A DNA stretch of 64,000 nt, from NCBI GenBank assembly GCA_963662315.1, contig OY759353.1, positions 2,304,001-2,368,000 of the forward strand, written 5' to 3'. Source of the stretch: Geopsychrobacteraceae bacterium (lineage in GTDB: Bacteria > Desulfobacterota > Desulfuromonadia > Desulfuromonadales > Geopsychrobacteraceae). The position numbers and the translations under genes are program-made. This document shows positions 62,614 to 64,000 of this stretch, one piece after another. Positions within the stretch are counted from its first letter, which is position 1. The number at the start of each line of letters is the position of its first letter. Under the pieces are notes generated by a model that was not told where the DNA came from, did no database searches, and saw only the letters and a program-made list of their open reading frames with translations.

Positions 62614-64000
62614 TCACAAATCTGGACCAGCAAAATTCCGATAGACTCGGGGCAGCAATCCCCCCTGGCGGAAGGTTTCCCGTTCGTTATCATTATACAG
62701 CCGCAGATCGAGTTCAATCACGTCACAGCGTCCGTCAGTCCGGTGAATTGTCAACTCAACAGTACCCAGATCAGGTCCAAATTTGATATCGAACACCTCT
62801 GTGCCATCCAGTCCCAAGGTTTTACGCGTCACCCCCGCCGGAAACTGTAGCGGGGCAATTCCCATATTGACCAGGTTGGAACGGTGAATGCGCTCAAAGC
62901 TCTCCGCCACGACCGCCCGGATACCAGCCAACCAGGGGGCCTTGGCGGCGGTATCACGCGATGAACCACAGCCATAATTCTTACCGGCGATAACCACCAA
63001 CGGCTGGTTGCGTTGTTGATAGGTAGCAATCGCTTCATAAATACGTGACTCTACCCCTTCGGGCATAATTCTGGTCCATGACCCTTCCTTACCCGCAACC
63101 ATCTCATTCTGCAGGCGGATATTGGAAAAAGTCGAACGGACGATGATATCTGAGGAACCACGTCGCGTACCATAGGCATTATAATCAGTCGGAGCCACCC
63201 CATGTTGATCAAGAAAATCAGCTGCAGCACTGCCAGACGGAATCGTTCCTGCGGGGGTAATATGATCAGTGGTAATTGAATCACCCAGAACAACCAGCGG
63301 ACGCAATCCAGGCCAATTGATCAGCTCCTGCGCTTGCGGCTGGATCCCCTGCAGGTACTTTGGCCAGGTTACGTAAGTTGAGAACGGCCACTGATACTCC
63401 CCGCTGTCGATTTTCAGGGCATTCCAATGTGGATTGACCTCTCGAATACCGGCATACACCTCACGAAAATCATCAGCACTCAGATGTTGTTCCAGAAGCG
63501 CCTTAACTTCCTCCTGGCTCGGCCAGAGGTCGTCCAACAGAACCGGTTTTCCAGCCTGATCATAGCCTAAAGGAGTACGGCTGATATCTGTTGCAATACT
63601 CCCAGCCAAAGCATAAGCAACGACCAGAGGCGGAGACGCTAATACATTTCGCGTTGCCTGAGGGTGAATGCGCCCGGGGAAATTGCGATTTCCCGACAAT
63701 ACAGCCACACAGTCGAGATTGTGCGTCTTGATCAGATCACTATAGGTCGGGTCAAGCTGGCCAGAGAGGCCCCCGCAGGTTGAGCAGGAAAAAGATGCCA
63801 GCTGAAATCCCAACTGATCCAGGTAGGGTTGCAGACCACTCTGCTCAAGATAGCGAGCCACCACCCGCGACCCCGGCGCCAGGGATGTTTTCACCTGCGG
63901 CTGACTGCGCAGTCCCTTCTCAACCGCTTTTTTGGCCAGTAACCCGGCGGTCAGCATATTGACCGGGTTCGCGGTATTGGTACAGCTGGTGATCGCAGCA
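62614..64000 (-). CDS. Aconitase-family hydratase (AcnA/AcnD-like), partial; 5' end outside the window
   Basis: AAITSCTNTANP, KTSLAPGS, CxxC, VLSGNRNF.GRI, LASPPLVVAYALAG, GSSRD, FERIHRSNL. Confidence 0.9.
   Translation of the reverse strand, partial: AAITSCTNTANPVNMLTAGLLAKKAVEKGLRSQPQVKTSLAPGSRVVARYLEQSGLQPYLDQLGFQLASFSCSTCGGLSGQLDPTYSDLIKTHNLDCVAVLSGNRNFPGRIHPQATRNVLASPPLVVAYALAGSIATDISRTPLGYDQAGKPVLLDDLWPSQEEVKALLEQHLSADDFREVYAGIREVNPHWNALKIDSGEYQWPFSTYVTWPKYLQGIQPQAQELINWPGLRPLVVLGDSITTDHITPAGTIPSGSAAADFLDQHGVAPTDYNAYGTRRGSSDIIVRSTFSNIRLQNEMVAGKEGSWTRIMPEGVESRIYEAIATYQQRNQPLVVIAGKNYGCGSSRDTAAKAPWLAGIRAVVAESFERIHRSNLVNMGIAPLQFPAGVTRKTLGLDGTEVFDIKFGPDLGTVELTIHRTDGRCDVIELDLRLYNDNERETFRQGGLLPRVYRNFAGPDL

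Overview
Bacterial chromosomal window, inferred to be from a Desulfuromonadales/Geobacteraceae-type deltaproteobacterium (pilT-recX-alaS-hybrid kinase-arg-dap gene order). 1-20 kb is mostly housekeeping: pilT fragment, recX, alaS, hslVU, argBDFGH, an unannotated lptM-like small lipoprotein, dapA/dapB/dapL, bacterioferritin and a DUF815 ATPase. 20-42 kb is a minus-strand type I secretion locus: a 416-aa membrane-anchored protein overlapping the start of a ~5,015-aa RTX/cadherin-repeat giant protein, then TolC, HlyB and HlyD. 43-64 kb is accessory: TIGR00266, trmO, a DUF2868-like plus GTPase pair, a transglutaminase, a complete sufBCDSE operon with an IscR-like operator, an MCP, carbonic anhydrase, GH114, prpF and a divergent aconitase. 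The most striking non-coding signal is a ~394-bp element present as a 3-copy tandem array (436-bp period, 43911-45176) and as an inverted dispersed copy (62207-62595). It is built from two tail-to-tail modules. Its hairpins and a putative pseudoknot with a U-rich loop covary between copies while the primary sequence changes. All calls come from reading the sequence and recalling protein families; no searches were run.
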